A stretch of 64,000 bases of DNA. Origin: Microthyrium microscopicum (Eukaryota). The notes under the pieces were generated by a model that saw nothing but the letters and a program-made list of their open reading frames with translations, had not been told where the DNA came from and made no database searches. The stretch is taken from contig MU004241.1 in assembly GCA_010405405.1 (NCBI GenBank), positions 558,001 to 622,000 of the forward strand, given 5' to 3'. Positions 39,400 to 53,150 of this stretch are shown here, piece by piece (positions within the stretch are counted from its first letter, which is position 1; each line of letters begins with the position of its first letter). The position numbers and the translations under genes are program-made.

Positions 39400-42300
39400 C
39401 TAAATAAATACTCTATAAGTTATAAGGTATTATTATTTATCCTTATTATTCTTCTATCTCTCTCTAGATTCTTTTAGCTACTAAATATATTTATTAGTTT
39501 AGTTAAGATATTTAGATTTACTATAAAGGCGTATTTTACGTATTAATAGTAATAATATTAACTTTAAGTATATTTTTTAATATTCTATATTATTAATAAT
39601 TTAATAATAGTACTTTAACCTTTACTATAAACTAAACTAATTATATATAAAGTTATTTATTAAATTTGTTATTTCTAGGCTTTGTCTTAATTATAACTAA
39701 ACTTTCTTTAATATTCTAGTATATATTATTTTTAATATTCTTTAGGTATTTTTATATCTTTTTTATAGATAGAGAAGCTAGGGCTTTCTTAGGTTAGGAT
39801 ACTAGTTTAGTTAACTTAGGCTAGGTTAGTCTTAATTTAAGATATATTTATAAATCCTTAAGTCTTATTAGTTATATTACTTAACTTTTAAAATAAGCCT
39901 TTATAAAACCTATAATATTTAATTAAAGCTTATTAATATTCTATAATAGTATATTAATTAGATTATTATTTAAGCATAATATATTAATTAAGATATACTT
40001 TACTATATTACTTACTTAAAGAACTCTTCTAATACCCTAAGTCTAATTGCTTAGTAATATTAGAATAGATATTATAATTAGATACTTTATCTACTACTAG
40101 TTGCTTCTAGTATTATAGTTGCTATATATTCTAACTAGAACCTAGATATTCTTATTAAAGAGGTATTTACCTACTTTTAATAATATTTAACTACTTATAA
40201 TAGACTTTAGAATATTTTAAAAGAAATAATAAATATTAGCTTTATTACGTAAAGATAAGCTAGTTCTTAAATAGCCTACTTTAATTAAAGATAACTTTTT
40301 ACTTAACATATTAGTTTTATTAAAATAAGGTACTTAAAGATTAAATTTCTTAATTATATATTAAAGCGCTACTATAATTATACTAATAAAAGTAGGATAC
40401 TTTATAATAATTAAGACTTTACCTTATTATAAACCTTATTTCTTTTACTCTCTATTAAGAAAGTACGTTTCTAGGTTAGTATAAACCTTTTTAATAATAT
40501 TTACTATATACTATATCTAAGTATTTATCTTTAGAAACTAAGAAGCTTTTTTAATAAAGAGATTATCCTTAGGCTTAGCTAGTTTCTTAGAGTTAGGCTT
40601 TAAAGATAGGCTACTATTAATTCTTACTAATATATAATAGAGATTATTTTTAGCCTATCCTTTAATTTCCTTTACTTATTTTAATATTAATAAATAAGGT
40701 ACCTTAATAACAAGTCTATAATATATAATCTTAGTAGAGATTTAGTAGACTATATAGTTAGCTAGCCTAATTTATATTTATTTAGCTTAATATAGTTTAC
40801 TTTTATACTAAGTAGTAGAGTTATTAATAATACTTATCCTTAGTTTATTTATTTATACTACTATATATTTATTAAGCTTATCTATAAGCTATATTACTTC
40901 TAGGTTTATTATATTAATAATAATAAGCTCTATTTTATTTAGAGGTAGTATAATATACTTTTAACTAAAAAGCTCTATATTTATTATATAATAAAGTTTA
41001 AATAAGGTATATATACTAGCTAAAGTAGTACTTACTTAAGCTTATTCTCTTATAAGCTATTTCTTTTCTCTTTTATTAGAATACTTATATAATCTTATAT
41101 CTTTTATAATAAGTATAGTAATCTAACTAGAAATAGTATTAAATAATAAAGAAGTAAATAATATATAGTTATTAGTAAAAATTACCTAATCTTTCTTTAA
41201 TTTATCTTTAAGAAACTTCCTAATATCTTTATTAGTATTAGAGAAGTAAATATATTATATATTTACTAAATAAGTAATTAAATTTAATTAGCTTATTATA
41301 GTATTATAATATATCCTAGATTAACCTAATATAGTAGCTTTAGACTATATACTATAATAGTACTTTAGTAGTATATAACTAGATATATAGATTTCTTTAT
41401 TAATATTAAAATAAGTTAAGTTATTTAGTATTTAATATTTATAAAACTTATCTAAAATTAAGACTCTAACTATAAAGTATCTTTAACTACATAGGTATTT
41501 ACCTTTATTTACTACTAATTCTATATTAGTATAGAAATAATTCTTAGGTTCTAAAGTTTTATAATATCTAGTTTTCTATTCTTCTAACTACGCTTATAAA
41601 AGTCTTATAATTAGTTACAAGACCTAGGATATATATAAACCTAATATTATTAGTATAATAATACTAGTCTACTTAAGTATTCTAAAATTAGTTTTAATAT
41701 TAGTAAAAAGTCTATATATATAAGAGACTTTATTTAAGAATATAAACTTAGGTTTTATGCTTAAATAGTTAATATAGAGGATAAATACCTAATTAGGCTT
41801 ACTTTTATATTTTAAGGTATTAATTGCTTTTTTCTATTTATCTAACTAAACTAAAATTATAAATATAATTATTTATATATAGTTTATACTAATAATAAGA
41901 GTACTATACTAGTAGTTATTTAGATTAACGTAAGTTATAGTAAATTTTAATTATACTAATAATTTCTTAAAATAATAGTATATTATAAGTTAGTTAAGAC
42001 TTCTTAACTATATATAAAGACTTTTCTCTTTATCCTTAGGGCCCTAATAACTAGGAACCTAAACGTCTAATAAATATTCCTTAAGAAACTTAGGTTTCTT
42101 TTTTCTTATAAGGCGCTACTCTTTTATATATATTACTATACTTTTAATCTATTAACTATTTATCTAAATAATAACTAGTATCTAGATAGTCTTTCCTAAG
42201 CCTAAAATATTTATAATATAGAAACTTTACGTAAGGATAATATACTTATATATAATTATTACTTTAATAGCTTAATAAATTTAAACGTTAACTTTAAATC

Positions 42301-45250
42301 TAAGAATAATAAAGTCTAATATATTACTCTTATCTTTATAATTAAAGAATATATATATCTCTCTCTAGTTTTTAAGTATTAAGTACTTATAAGTTTTATT
42401 TTATAGTAATCTTATATAGAAGCTTATAATAAAGAAAACTTTTAAATTCTTATCTTTAACTATTCTAGACTTTTTACGTTTTATATATATATTACGAAAT
42501 AGTTTAGCTTATAAAGCTTTAATATATAGAGCTTTACTTATTATAAAAGACTTAAGTATAATAGATCTATATTTAGTATAGTTAAAGTAGTTAATAAGGA
42601 AACTAGTTTATTCTTAAATATATTTATTTTTAAAAGTCTTTAGTATATAAAAGCTAATAATATTAAGTATTAGTTTATATATATTAAATAAATAAGGTTT
42701 AATCTATTTCTTATAAGCTTACTATATATTAATTCTTACGTTACTATTCTTACTATTATAATTATATTATTACTTATTCTTATAAAGTTATAACTCCTAA
42801 AAATATTTTACTTTTATACTACGTAATATATTTACTTTGTTTTATAAAGAAGATAGTAAGTCTAATAACTAAGGTTTAGATAGTATAGTAATCTTTTCTA
42901 TAGTTAAATTAATTACTTTAGTAGCTATAAAGTTATCTAATATAGTAATATCTTTCTTAGTTAAGTTTTTAGTATTTATAGAAACGTTTATTATAAGTAG
43001 TAATAATTCTAAGTTATTAATAATAAAATTAATAACGTTCTTAGCGCTAGTAAAATTAATAATACGTTTAGAGGAACTTAAAAGTTTAGTATAGTTAAAA
43101 AAAGATAGCTTATTTTAAAAAGATAGCGTAGTTAAAAAAGCTAGTATACTTAGAAAGCTATAACGTTTTTTTAAGTAATTAAGAAGAAGTTTAGCTATTA
43201 TTAGATAACTTAATTTTTATAAAGTAAAGAATAATATAATATAATCTAGAGTAGTAGAATTAGGTTTTTATAAATAACGTATTTTAGATAGATAATTAAT
43301 ATCTATAGAAATTAGTACTTATACTTTACTATCTTCTATCTATATATTACTAATAAGAGGCTTAAGGCTTTAAGGCTACGTAAATCTATTACTATCTAAA
43401 GGTAGTACTTAATTTTATTATACGCTCTCTATCTTTAGCTTAATAACGCGCTCTTTAAGTCCTTAAAAAGATATAGTAGTAGTATCTATAGGTTTAGTAC
43501 TATCTAGAAATAATACTTAATCTTATTATATACTCTCTATCTCTAGCTTAATGATATACTCTTTAAGTCCTTAAAAAAATATAGTAGTAGTATCTATAGG
43601 TCTAGCGTTATCTAGAAGCGGTACTTAATCTTATTATATACCCTCTATCTCTAGCTTAATAACGCGTTCTTTAAGTCCTTAAAAAGATATAATAGTAGTA
43701 TTTATAGGTTTAGCGCTATTTAGAAGTAGTACTTAATCTTATTATATGCTCCTTATTTCTAACTTAATAATAGGCTTTTTAAGTTCTTAAGAAAATATAG
43801 TAATAGTATCTATAAGTCTAGCGCTATCTAGAAGTAGTACTTAATTTTATTATATACTCTCTATCTCTAGCTTAATAATACGCTCTTTAAGTCCTTAAGA
43901 AGATATAGTAGTAGTATTTATAGGTCTAGCGCTATCTAAAAGTAATACTTAATCTTATTATATACTCTTTATCTTTAACTTAATAATATGTTTTTTAAGT
44001 CCTTAAAAAAATATAGTAATAGTATCTATAGGTTTAGCGCTATTTAAAAGTAATACTTAATCTTATTATATACTCTCTATCTCTATATTAGTAATAGTAT
44101 TCTAAAGCTATAATATTTAGACTAGTAAGTTTAGAAAAGTATAATATTCCTAGCTACTATTCTTATTAATTACTTCTAAGATTAGAGTTAATTTTGCCTT
44201 TATCTCTTTACGTTTAGACTTACTTCTATTTTTCTTACTAAATAAGCTTATTTATACTAAAGTCTATTATTCTTTATAATTATAAGAACTAAATTCGTTC
44301 TTAAATTTCTTTCTATTTATAGATACTAAAAGATTATAGCTATTATTAATTCCTTCTATATTATCCTTATTATTATTATACTTCTACTTTATTCTACTAG
44401 GTAGTACTAATAAAAATTCTAAGTCTTCTTCTTTAGAATTATTTAAATTACTATTTAACTCTATTTTAGAATCCTTAATTAAGCTATCTTTAGAATCCTT
44501 ATCTAAGCTATCTTTATTATCTTTAGTAACCTTACTATCTTTATTATTTTTAATAACTTTACTATCTTTATTATCTTTAATAACCTTACTATCTTTATTA
44601 AATTAGTTAAAAATAAAATCTTTATATATATTATGTTTATATATTAATAGTTTAGTAGTAGAGGTAAGTTAAGTAGTTAACTAAGGATTTATATAAGGTT
44701 AAGTATAAGGTTTCTTATTACGTTTATTTTAGGGTAAAGGAGAAGAGCTTAAAGTAGAAGTAACTAAAGCTTTACGCTTTTATTTACTAGTATAAGTTTT
44801 CTTTAAGAGAGATTTAATCTAAGTAACCTTAAAAGTAATCTTTTTTAGCCTATAAGGATTATTATAGGTAACTTTAGTAAAATTATATATATTTAAACTT
44901 ATTAAAATAGTTTAATTATTTTATACTTAATCTATACTATAAATTATATCTAAACTTTTAGATAAGTTTAACTTTAGGCTTATTATATCTTTAAAGTACT
45001 CTATATTAATCTTAACTATATATTTATAGATATCTATATTTATCTTAAATAAGTTAAAGGAGCTTAGTTTATATATATCTTTTAAGTCTAGTATAACCTA
45101 TTTTTATAAGAAGTCCTTAGTAAATATTAATATAATTATATTAAGGTCTTTATTGTCCTAAGTATTAATTTCCTAAAAGGTAAATAAGAACTATTAAGTT
45201 TTATAGTATTTCTTTAAAGTAGGCTTTTTCTTTTTTAATTATATATGTAT
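39400..45250 (-). pseudogene. SNF2-family (SF2) helicase/ATPase with a long repetitive acidic N-terminus
   Basis: One frame holds SFYIINILGLGKTI* (motif I, 42202-42182), VLILDKFY (DEFH, 41452-41441), LG*SRI (SGT-like), VLVRIYSNYNTRSN* (motif V-like) and *GIRRVL*VS (QxIGRxxRxG, 40039-40010). Motif spacings of 750 and 1413 bp are multiples of 3. Start and end are approximate. Confidence 0.85.
43400..44085 (-). repeat. 108-bp (36 aa) tandem repeat, ~6.3 units, in frame with the SNF2-like ORF
   Basis: CTTTAAGTCCTTAA recurs every 108 bp (43453, 43561, 43669...). Reverts to about PLPDSAGPVDTAAMSSQGLEERVIEPEMESAQQDQV. Frame offset to motif I is 1410 bp. Confidence 0.95.
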
Positions 45251-45264
45251 AAAAAAGTCTAGCA

Positions 45265-45418
45265 AAGCTAAAAAAGGTAGCTAAGTAAATCTAAGTAGTA
45301 TATAGCTATTACTAAAAGTATATATATAAGATTAAAGAGAGTTTAATAGAGCTAAAAAAGGTAGTTAGGTAAATCTAAGTAGTATATAGTTATTATTAGA
45401 AGTATATATATAAGATTA
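45265..45418. repeat. Two ~70-bp direct repeats (period ~84 bp) between divergently oriented gene relics
   Basis: AGCTAAAAAA(A)GGTAG(C/T)TA(A/G)GTAAATCTAAGTAGTATATAG...AAGTATATATATAAGATTA occurs twice. Confidence 0.85.
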
Positions 45419-45499
45419 GTTATATTATAGCGTATTACTATAATAACTTCTTAAGGTACCTTAAAAAAAGTTATTATTACCTTTATTAGTATAGCTTAG

Positions 45500-47300
45500 T
45501 ACTATATTCCTACTAATATTAAATTACTATAGAGTTTAATATAAGCTATAGCTATTAGGACCTAGCTAAGATAGAATTATACCTCTAAATCTAAATATTA
45601 TAAAGTTATACTAAGTTAGGTTACGCTATATAGATAGTAGAAGTTATATTTTATAATAGCTAGGTTACTACTATAGTTAATAATAGATATTACTATTCTA
45701 AAAGCTTAATAGTAATATTATATAGCCTTAGTATCTATATTAGTTAAATAAAGAATAAAATGTAGCTAAACTTAAGCTATTACTTTATAGTTATAGTACG
45801 TTTAGTAATACGCTATTAATAGGGTTTAGATAGTAAGTATAATTTCCTTATAGTCTATTTATAGTTCTATAAGGCTAATTAGGAAGCTAGGAATAATATA
45901 GCTAATATCTTTTAAAAGTAGAATTACTATATATATCTTTATTATTAAATATTATAAATACTTAAGTTATTTATAGAATAATTAGAATTATATTTAGCTT
46001 TAAAGCAAAACGATTATATAGATTATAGGGCTACTTTTGCTACTTACGTCGTTCTTAATAAGCTTATTTATTACTAATAAGGTATTATGTATATAGAAGT
46101 ATAATTTAGTCTAAAGCTTTATAAGAGAGGATATTAAATACTAATAAGATAATAGCTTAAAAGAATTGCAAATTATATTTAATAACTTTAATATATTTAA
46201 GATTATAGCTAATAGTATTAGTAAGCTATTTAATCGTACTAAATTAGTTAAGAATATTCTTTTTTATAATAAAGATAATATTAAGGACTATTTTATTAGT
46301 ATAATAGCCTAATTCTATATAAAGATTTACCTTAGTTACGTTATTCTTAACTCTAACTATCTACTTAGCTTACTTATAATCTCTTTAATTATACTTAGAG
46401 TTTATTCTATAAATTATCTTTATTATATTATTTATAAAGTTTAGTATAGATTTATTAATAGAGTTAATAGCGCTAAAAAAGGAAGATTTATTAGATATAG
46501 TAAATTAATAATAGATTAAAAGTAAAGAGTATTTAATAAGGATATATTAAAGCTAGTAAGTTAAGTTAGCTAAAATATTTATTTAGTACCTCTAAGTAGT
46601 ATTATACTATACCTTTAAAGTTAACTATTATAAAATATTATATCTATAAGCTATTATTAGCTAAAAGTAAGGTTTATACTAAAGAAGAGCTAGTTCTAAA
46701 GGTCTATATATAAAATACTAAAACCTTTTAAAATAAGAGTACTAAGAAAATAGCTTATCTAATATTATAATTAATTTATAAGAAGAAATTATACCTAGAG
46801 GCTTTATTAAAAGAATAGTTAGGTATATAAAAGCTTTAAGCTATAGAATTAAAGATACTAATTTATATTTCTAACTTAAGAGAAAGGATTTAATACCTAT
46901 AGAGCTAAACTAAAGTAATTATTAAGTATATAAAACACTAATAGCTAAAGAATAAATAAATTAAAAGAACTTATTTAATCTAATAATTATAAAGGAGTAA
47001 TAAGGTAGAGATATAATAATAAGAAAGGAAGTATTAAAAGCCTAAAAAAAGGATATTTTAAAGTAGTAAAGTAGAGCTTAGCTAATATAAGCTTAAACTT
47101 AAAAGGAAGTCTTAGCCTATATAAGGTTAGCTAAGTTCCTAACTTAGTAGTTATAATATAAGGTTTAGTAGTAATTATAATAGAATAGGAAACTATAATT
47201 AACGTTTATATCTATACTTAATATTTAAGAAGAAAGAAGTAGTTTCTCTTAATCTTAAGAGCTATATAGTTATTACGTATAAGCTCTAGTAAGGTTTCTA
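45500..47300 (+). pseudogene. Possible Ulp1-like (C48/clan CE) cysteine protease relic
   Basis: GCT TTA AAG CAA AAC GAT TAT ATA GAT TAT AGG at 45997-46029 reverts to A.KQND.xDCG by RIP-type changes. An in-frame (H)(H)FxVxV strand at 45778-45798 lies 75 codons upstream. The catalytic Asp is not clear. Confidence 0.45.
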
Positions 47301-47999
47301 CTTATTTAACTAAAAGATTCTATACTAAAAGAAGGAATATTTCTATTTTCTTACTACTAAATCTTTTTTACTACTATTCTCTTACTACTATTCTATAATT
47401 ACTAAATTAAATAAGTTCTTCTAAATCTATTTTATACTTAGTTATTATATATAGAATAGCGTAGCTTTATAATAACTTTACTAATAGATAAACTTTTAGT
47501 TATATTTCTAGTAAAAAAAGTAATTCCTTACTTTATTCTTATAACCTCTTTCTTACTACTACTTCTCTCTCTTACTACTCTTTATAATTATAAAAATTAA
47601 ATAAGTCCTCTTAAATAATTTCTTAAGTTTATCTTTTTATAGATAGTATAGCTTAGTAACCTAAAGTTTAGGCTAAATAGCTAATTTTTAATAGTTACGT
47701 TTTTAGGCTTTAGTATAGTAAGTAAGTTATTACTTTTATTATTATTATTTATTTTTTCTTCTTAATACTTTTCCTTTCTTAAAAAAAATACTATCTAAAT
47801 TCTTTATATCTTCTATTTCTTTCTTAGCTCTTACTCTACTTATTATAAGCATAGCTACTTATAATGCTTTATATACTTAGTAATTAATATATAATTATAA
47901 TAGCTAAATCTATAACTAAGATATAAGTAAAGATAAAATTTCTACTAAGATCTTTAGCTATTTAGTTATTATAATTCTAAAACTTCTTCCTAATTAGTA

Positions 48000-50900
48000 T
48001 AAAACTTATACTCTTTATAAGAATAATAAGCTAAATAATTCTAAGGCTATTAAAATATAAGTTTAAAGAAATTTATTCTTTTATTCCTAGCTAATTACTT
48101 ATATAAACTAAATTCTATAGCTATTTCTACCTATCTAGCTAAAGAAGATCCTTTACCTATATTTTTAAACTTAAGTAAATAAAATCCTAAAACTAAAGAT
48201 AAAGGTAAAGTAAAAGTCTAAAATAGTTTAGAAGCCTTTAAATATATCTTTATATTAACGCCTTAAATAAATTCTAAGAATCTTTAATATACTATCTATA
48301 ATTTTATAGTAAATCTATTTAATAGTAAGCCTCTAATCTAGTAAATTTATAGCTTACGAGTATGTTTAGGTAAGCCTTATCTAGAAAATATACTAAAGAA
48401 AAGTCTAAAAGTAGCTCTTAGTAAAGATAATCTAGTTAATAAAGTAAATTAATACTTAAGTAATAATATTAATAATAAAGTTAATTAAGATAATACTACT
48501 AATAAGCCTAAATATATACGTAGATTAAAAAAGAAGTATTAATAAGCTATAGTTTCTAATATTAAAGCATAATTCTCTATAATAAAGAATAATAAATAGG
48601 TTACCTAGTTTATATTAATCTTAACTATCTACCTATATCTTAGAAATAAGAGAAATACTTTTAAAGTTAATAAGAATAGAAATAATATATAGAAAAATAT
48701 TATAATTCTAATAGTTAAAACTATCTACTTTTTATTAGATAATCTAATTATAAAGAAGAAAAAGATAAACTAGATAGTTACTAAATTTTCTATAGTTATT
48801 TTAAAGAAGTAACTTATCTAGTTAGCTTATAAAATTAATTAAGATATTAAATATTATAGAAGTATGCTAGCTATAGGCTATGTAATTATACTTACTATTA
48901 AGATGTACTCTAACCTATTAAATAACCCTTTTTAAGTCTACTTTACTATAACTAGTAATTTAATAATTAGTAATAAGGATATTAAATTTAACCTACTTCT
49001 TTACTATTTTTAATATATTATTTAGAATTAGTACTTTATAGTCTTCTAGTTCTTTAGGGTTAATACTAACTTAGCTATGCTTATAGAAAAGAATTTTTCT
49101 TAGCTAATTTCTTAAGGCGTATAAACTAATTTAGATATTATTCCTACTAATATTAATTATCTATTTATAAATAGCGTCTTTAGCCTATAGAAGGGTTATA
49201 TTGCCCTCCTAGATAATTATAATAATCTTATAAAAATAAAGAATAATAGAATTATAAGTTTATTATATATAGTTTATTTTTTAGTTCTATATCTATTTAT
49301 AGCTTAAAGTATAGATCTAGTAGAATAGCTTTATTAGGCATATAAGCAAAATAAGGCTTCTTATAATATTATATTATGTACTACTAGAATACTAGGAAGT
49401 AAAGACTATAAATTCCTAGTAAGCCTTAATTTTTATATTATAGTAAATAGATATAAATGTTCCTATTTTTAAGAGAGTAATATCTATATAATTTAACTTA
49501 AGCTAGGAGCTAGACTTAAGAGCTCTTAATTTACTACTAAAGTTATTAACTAAAACTATAATATTTAAGCTATCTATAACGTACTTATAATTATATATTA
49601 TCCTTTTATTATACCTAATAATAAATATACTAATAATGCTTAATTCTCTTTATTCTAAATCTCTAAAGAAGTTATTATTCTTTTAGACTATAGCTAATTA
49701 ATTAAGAATCTACGTAAGGCCTTTCTTAAACTAAAAAAGCTAAAGGTTAAGGTATATATATATAATTTAGATAAGCTTATTATATATTAAATAAATAGTC
49801 TTAACTAGGCGTAGTTAAGATAGAAAGAATATAACCTAGATTACTACTTTACTATAGTACTTAGCTTATATCTAGACTCTTTAAAATATTAGCCTTTATT
49901 AGAAAAGATTTTTACTATCTATACTTTATCCTTATTTTTTAGAAAGGTAAAGTTTAGTATTATATTAAAGTATACTAAAGAAGTATTAATAGATATTAAT
50001 GCGCTAAAAAAGTTAATTATAAAGGTTAATAAGGTATAAGAAGATACTCTATTAGGTAGCTTATCCTCTAATAATATTAAGAATAATATATTAAAACCTT
50101 TAACTAGTTAGATTAAAGAAACTTTAAAGGAAATAAGTAGTAGTTCTACTTTATAAAAGCTAATTAATAAGCTACTTAATCTAGATTTATCTAACTATAT
50201 AACTAAATCTTAGTTTAAATAAGAATTTAAAGCTAATAACGATAGTACCTTTTATCCTTCCTTCCTTTCTATTTAAGATAACGTTAATATAGAATTTTTA
50301 GATATTACTATAGTAATGCTCCTTTATTCTATTAATAATAGTATCTCTTAGCTCTTTCGCTCCTTTATTTAAAATAATATTAATATAGAATTCCTAAATA
50401 TTATTATAATAGCACTCCTCTATCTTAATAATGATAGTACCTCTTATCCTTCTTCTCCCTCTATCTAAGATAACGTTAATATAAAATCCTTAGATACTAC
50501 TATAATAGCGCTCTTCTATTCTACTAATAATAGTACCTCTTATCCTTTCTCTTCCTTTATCTAAAATAACGTTAATATAGAATCTCTAGATACTATTATA
50601 GTAGCGCCCCTCTATTCTACTAATAATAGTACCTTCTTCCTTATAGAGTCTTAAGCTTAGAATTAATAGACTAAGCTAGAGGTTGCTAAAGCTAATAGTA
50701 AATAGGGTTAGTAATTAAAAGTGGCTAATAACGAATAGGGTTAATAATTAAAAGCGGCTAATAATAAATAGGGTTAGTAATTAAATATAGCTAACGACGC
50801 TAATAATAATAATAATAATAATAATAATACCTACAAAGATATATTTAAAGATATTTCTAATTCTAATGAATAGTTAAACGATAAGATTACGCCTATAAAA

Positions 50901-53150
50901 AACACTAATAATACTAATAATAGTAATACTAATAATAATAATAATAATAATAATACTACTAATATTAATAATACTAATATTAATAATAATTAGTACTAGT
51001 CGCTAAGCACTTTCGTAGGACTAGGTATAGCTACTTTTATATAATTACTAAAAACTAACTTTAGAATTACCTTAGAAGAGATTTAAAATCTTATAAAAAA
51101 GGCAGAATAGATTAGTATTATAAAGGCTCTTTATAAAGATTAAAAAGAGTTTATTAATGTTATTCTCTTAAAAGACAATAAGGATAGACTTAATATCTAT
51201 TATACTAGGCTAGGATGCGGTAAGACTAAAACTATAAAAGCTATAATAATAATATTAATTGCCTTTATAATATTCTATTCTAATTTTAAAATAAAGATTT
51301 TAGCTATATATACTATAAATATATAATTAGATAACCTTATTACTAAGTATATAAATATTTATATAGAAGTTAATCCTATAAACCTTTTATAATTTTTTAC
51401 TATCTAAGAATATTTAATTAAGATAAAGAAATCTATTACCTTAAGGAAATTAAAAGAGGTATGAACCTAAGTCTACTAAAATTAAGATCCTAGTACGTAA
51501 TAGTAAAATATAAATAATATAAATAATTATGGTATTAATATCCTAAATACTAAAATAGTATTACTTACTAAATAATATAGTGCTTACTACTTATAGTAAC
51601 TCTACGTAAATACTAAACGTTAAGACTTTAAAGGTATTTATAATCGTTATATTAAATATCTTAAATACTTATTTAGGGAATTCGTAGGTTAAGCTAGTAA
51701 AATAATTAGCGTAATTAACTTAGTAATAAAAAAGTAAGAATATAATATAAATATAGCTACTAAAGAGTTACTTAATTATGCTTTTAATCTTTAAATTCTT
51801 AACGAAAAGTATTATAGTAGGGAGAAGCTCTTAAAATTAAAAAGCGCTAATTATAGTAAACTACTACTAGATATAGAGTAATATTATTTATAATTAATAA
51901 TTACTCTTTTTAGTCTTATAAACTATAACGCTCTATAAGAGCTTTTTTAAGTAAATTTTATAGGTATTAACTTATAGATTTGTAATAAAATAGTAGTATT
52001 ATATAAACTATAGATAATAGTTATTATATCTCTATATAGACTTTAAATAATTATATAGACTAGAGATCTATTCTAGCCTAGACCTATCTATAATCTTAAA
52101 TATAAAAAAATTGCGTTTTGTAATAGTTCTTAAGCATTATTAATATATAACGCTATAATGAATAGCTTTAGCTAAACTATACTAAAATAGGTATTTAGAT
52201 TTAATTCATTATACTATAATCTCCTTAATAATATAGGCTATAAAATTCTTAAATATATTAATAATAATAATCCTAAATTTAACTAACTATAATATATTAT
52301 AGGCTAGCTCTTTTTATTCTTAGAACGTAAAAAAAATACACTACTTATAATATTTATAAATATTAAAGATAGTAAAGTTAAAAAGGACGTTATTAATTTA
52401 AATTCTAATACTTGTAACGCCTATATTGTAGCTTTTATATAAATTAAACTTTTACTATAGATATAATTAAAAGACGTTAATACTATAGTTATTACTCCTT
52501 ACTTTATGTAAACTAGCCTTTATATTAAAACTAAAGGTTAGCTACTTAAATAAGTTATTATATATATTTAAGATAATTATATATATACTTAGTAAGACTA
52601 TTAAGATATATCTTTATAATTTAGCTAGGTTCTAATAACTACTTATAATAATAATTCTAATATTAAGCGTAATTAGAATCTTATTAATCTTATTTAAAAA
52701 GATTATACTAGTTTCCTTATAGAAAACCTATAAATAAATACTATAGTATCTTAGGGCTATTTATCCTTATTCTTTAGTAACTTAAAGCTTTATAATACTA
52801 TAATAGCCCCTAGTACTAAGAAATAGAAAGAGTTTAAATAATCTATACTTAGTAGATTATTAAAGCATTTTATTAATAATAGCTATATATAGTATATACT
52901 ATTTACTAATAATTACTCCTATTAGAATTTAAAGAAACTTAATATTCCTAACTTTAATAGGGTAGTTTCTTATTACAAAAAAGAGCTAAATATATATAAG
53001 GAGATTAAAACTATTATACTTAAAGAACTAAAAGCAATTAAAGATTTTATAAAACTAACCTTGCTTTATAATTTTAAACCTAAGGATAAAGAATTTAAAA
53101 CTAATAAAGCTAATAAAAAAGGTAAAGTTAGTAAAGATTAGTAATAAGGA
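48000..53150 (+). pseudogene. Large protein (~1700 codons) with a C-terminal UPF1/DNA2/NAM7-like SF1B helicase
   Basis: One frame holds RLGCGKT (GPGCGKT, 51207), KILAIYTINI*LDNL (Ia), ICNKIVV (CDExA, 51978), TRDLF*PRP (GDxxQxxP, 52059), *VFRF (QxxR), VITPY (52488), TYNNNSNIKRN, and SFL...*INTIVS*G (GFL..RxNxAxSR, 52731). The frame extends upstream to at least 48351. Confidence 0.9.
50233..50995 (+). repeat. Coding repeats in the linker of the SF1 helicase: ~96-99 bp x4, 33 bp x3, (AAT)n tracts
   Basis: AATAA(C/T)(G/A)ATAGTACC...AACGTTAATATAGAA units at 50233-50640. GCTAATAA..AATAGGGTTA.TAATTAAAA x3 at 50691-50790 (about ADDEWGQQSKA). AAT runs are probably RIP-converted Asp codons. Confidence 0.85.
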
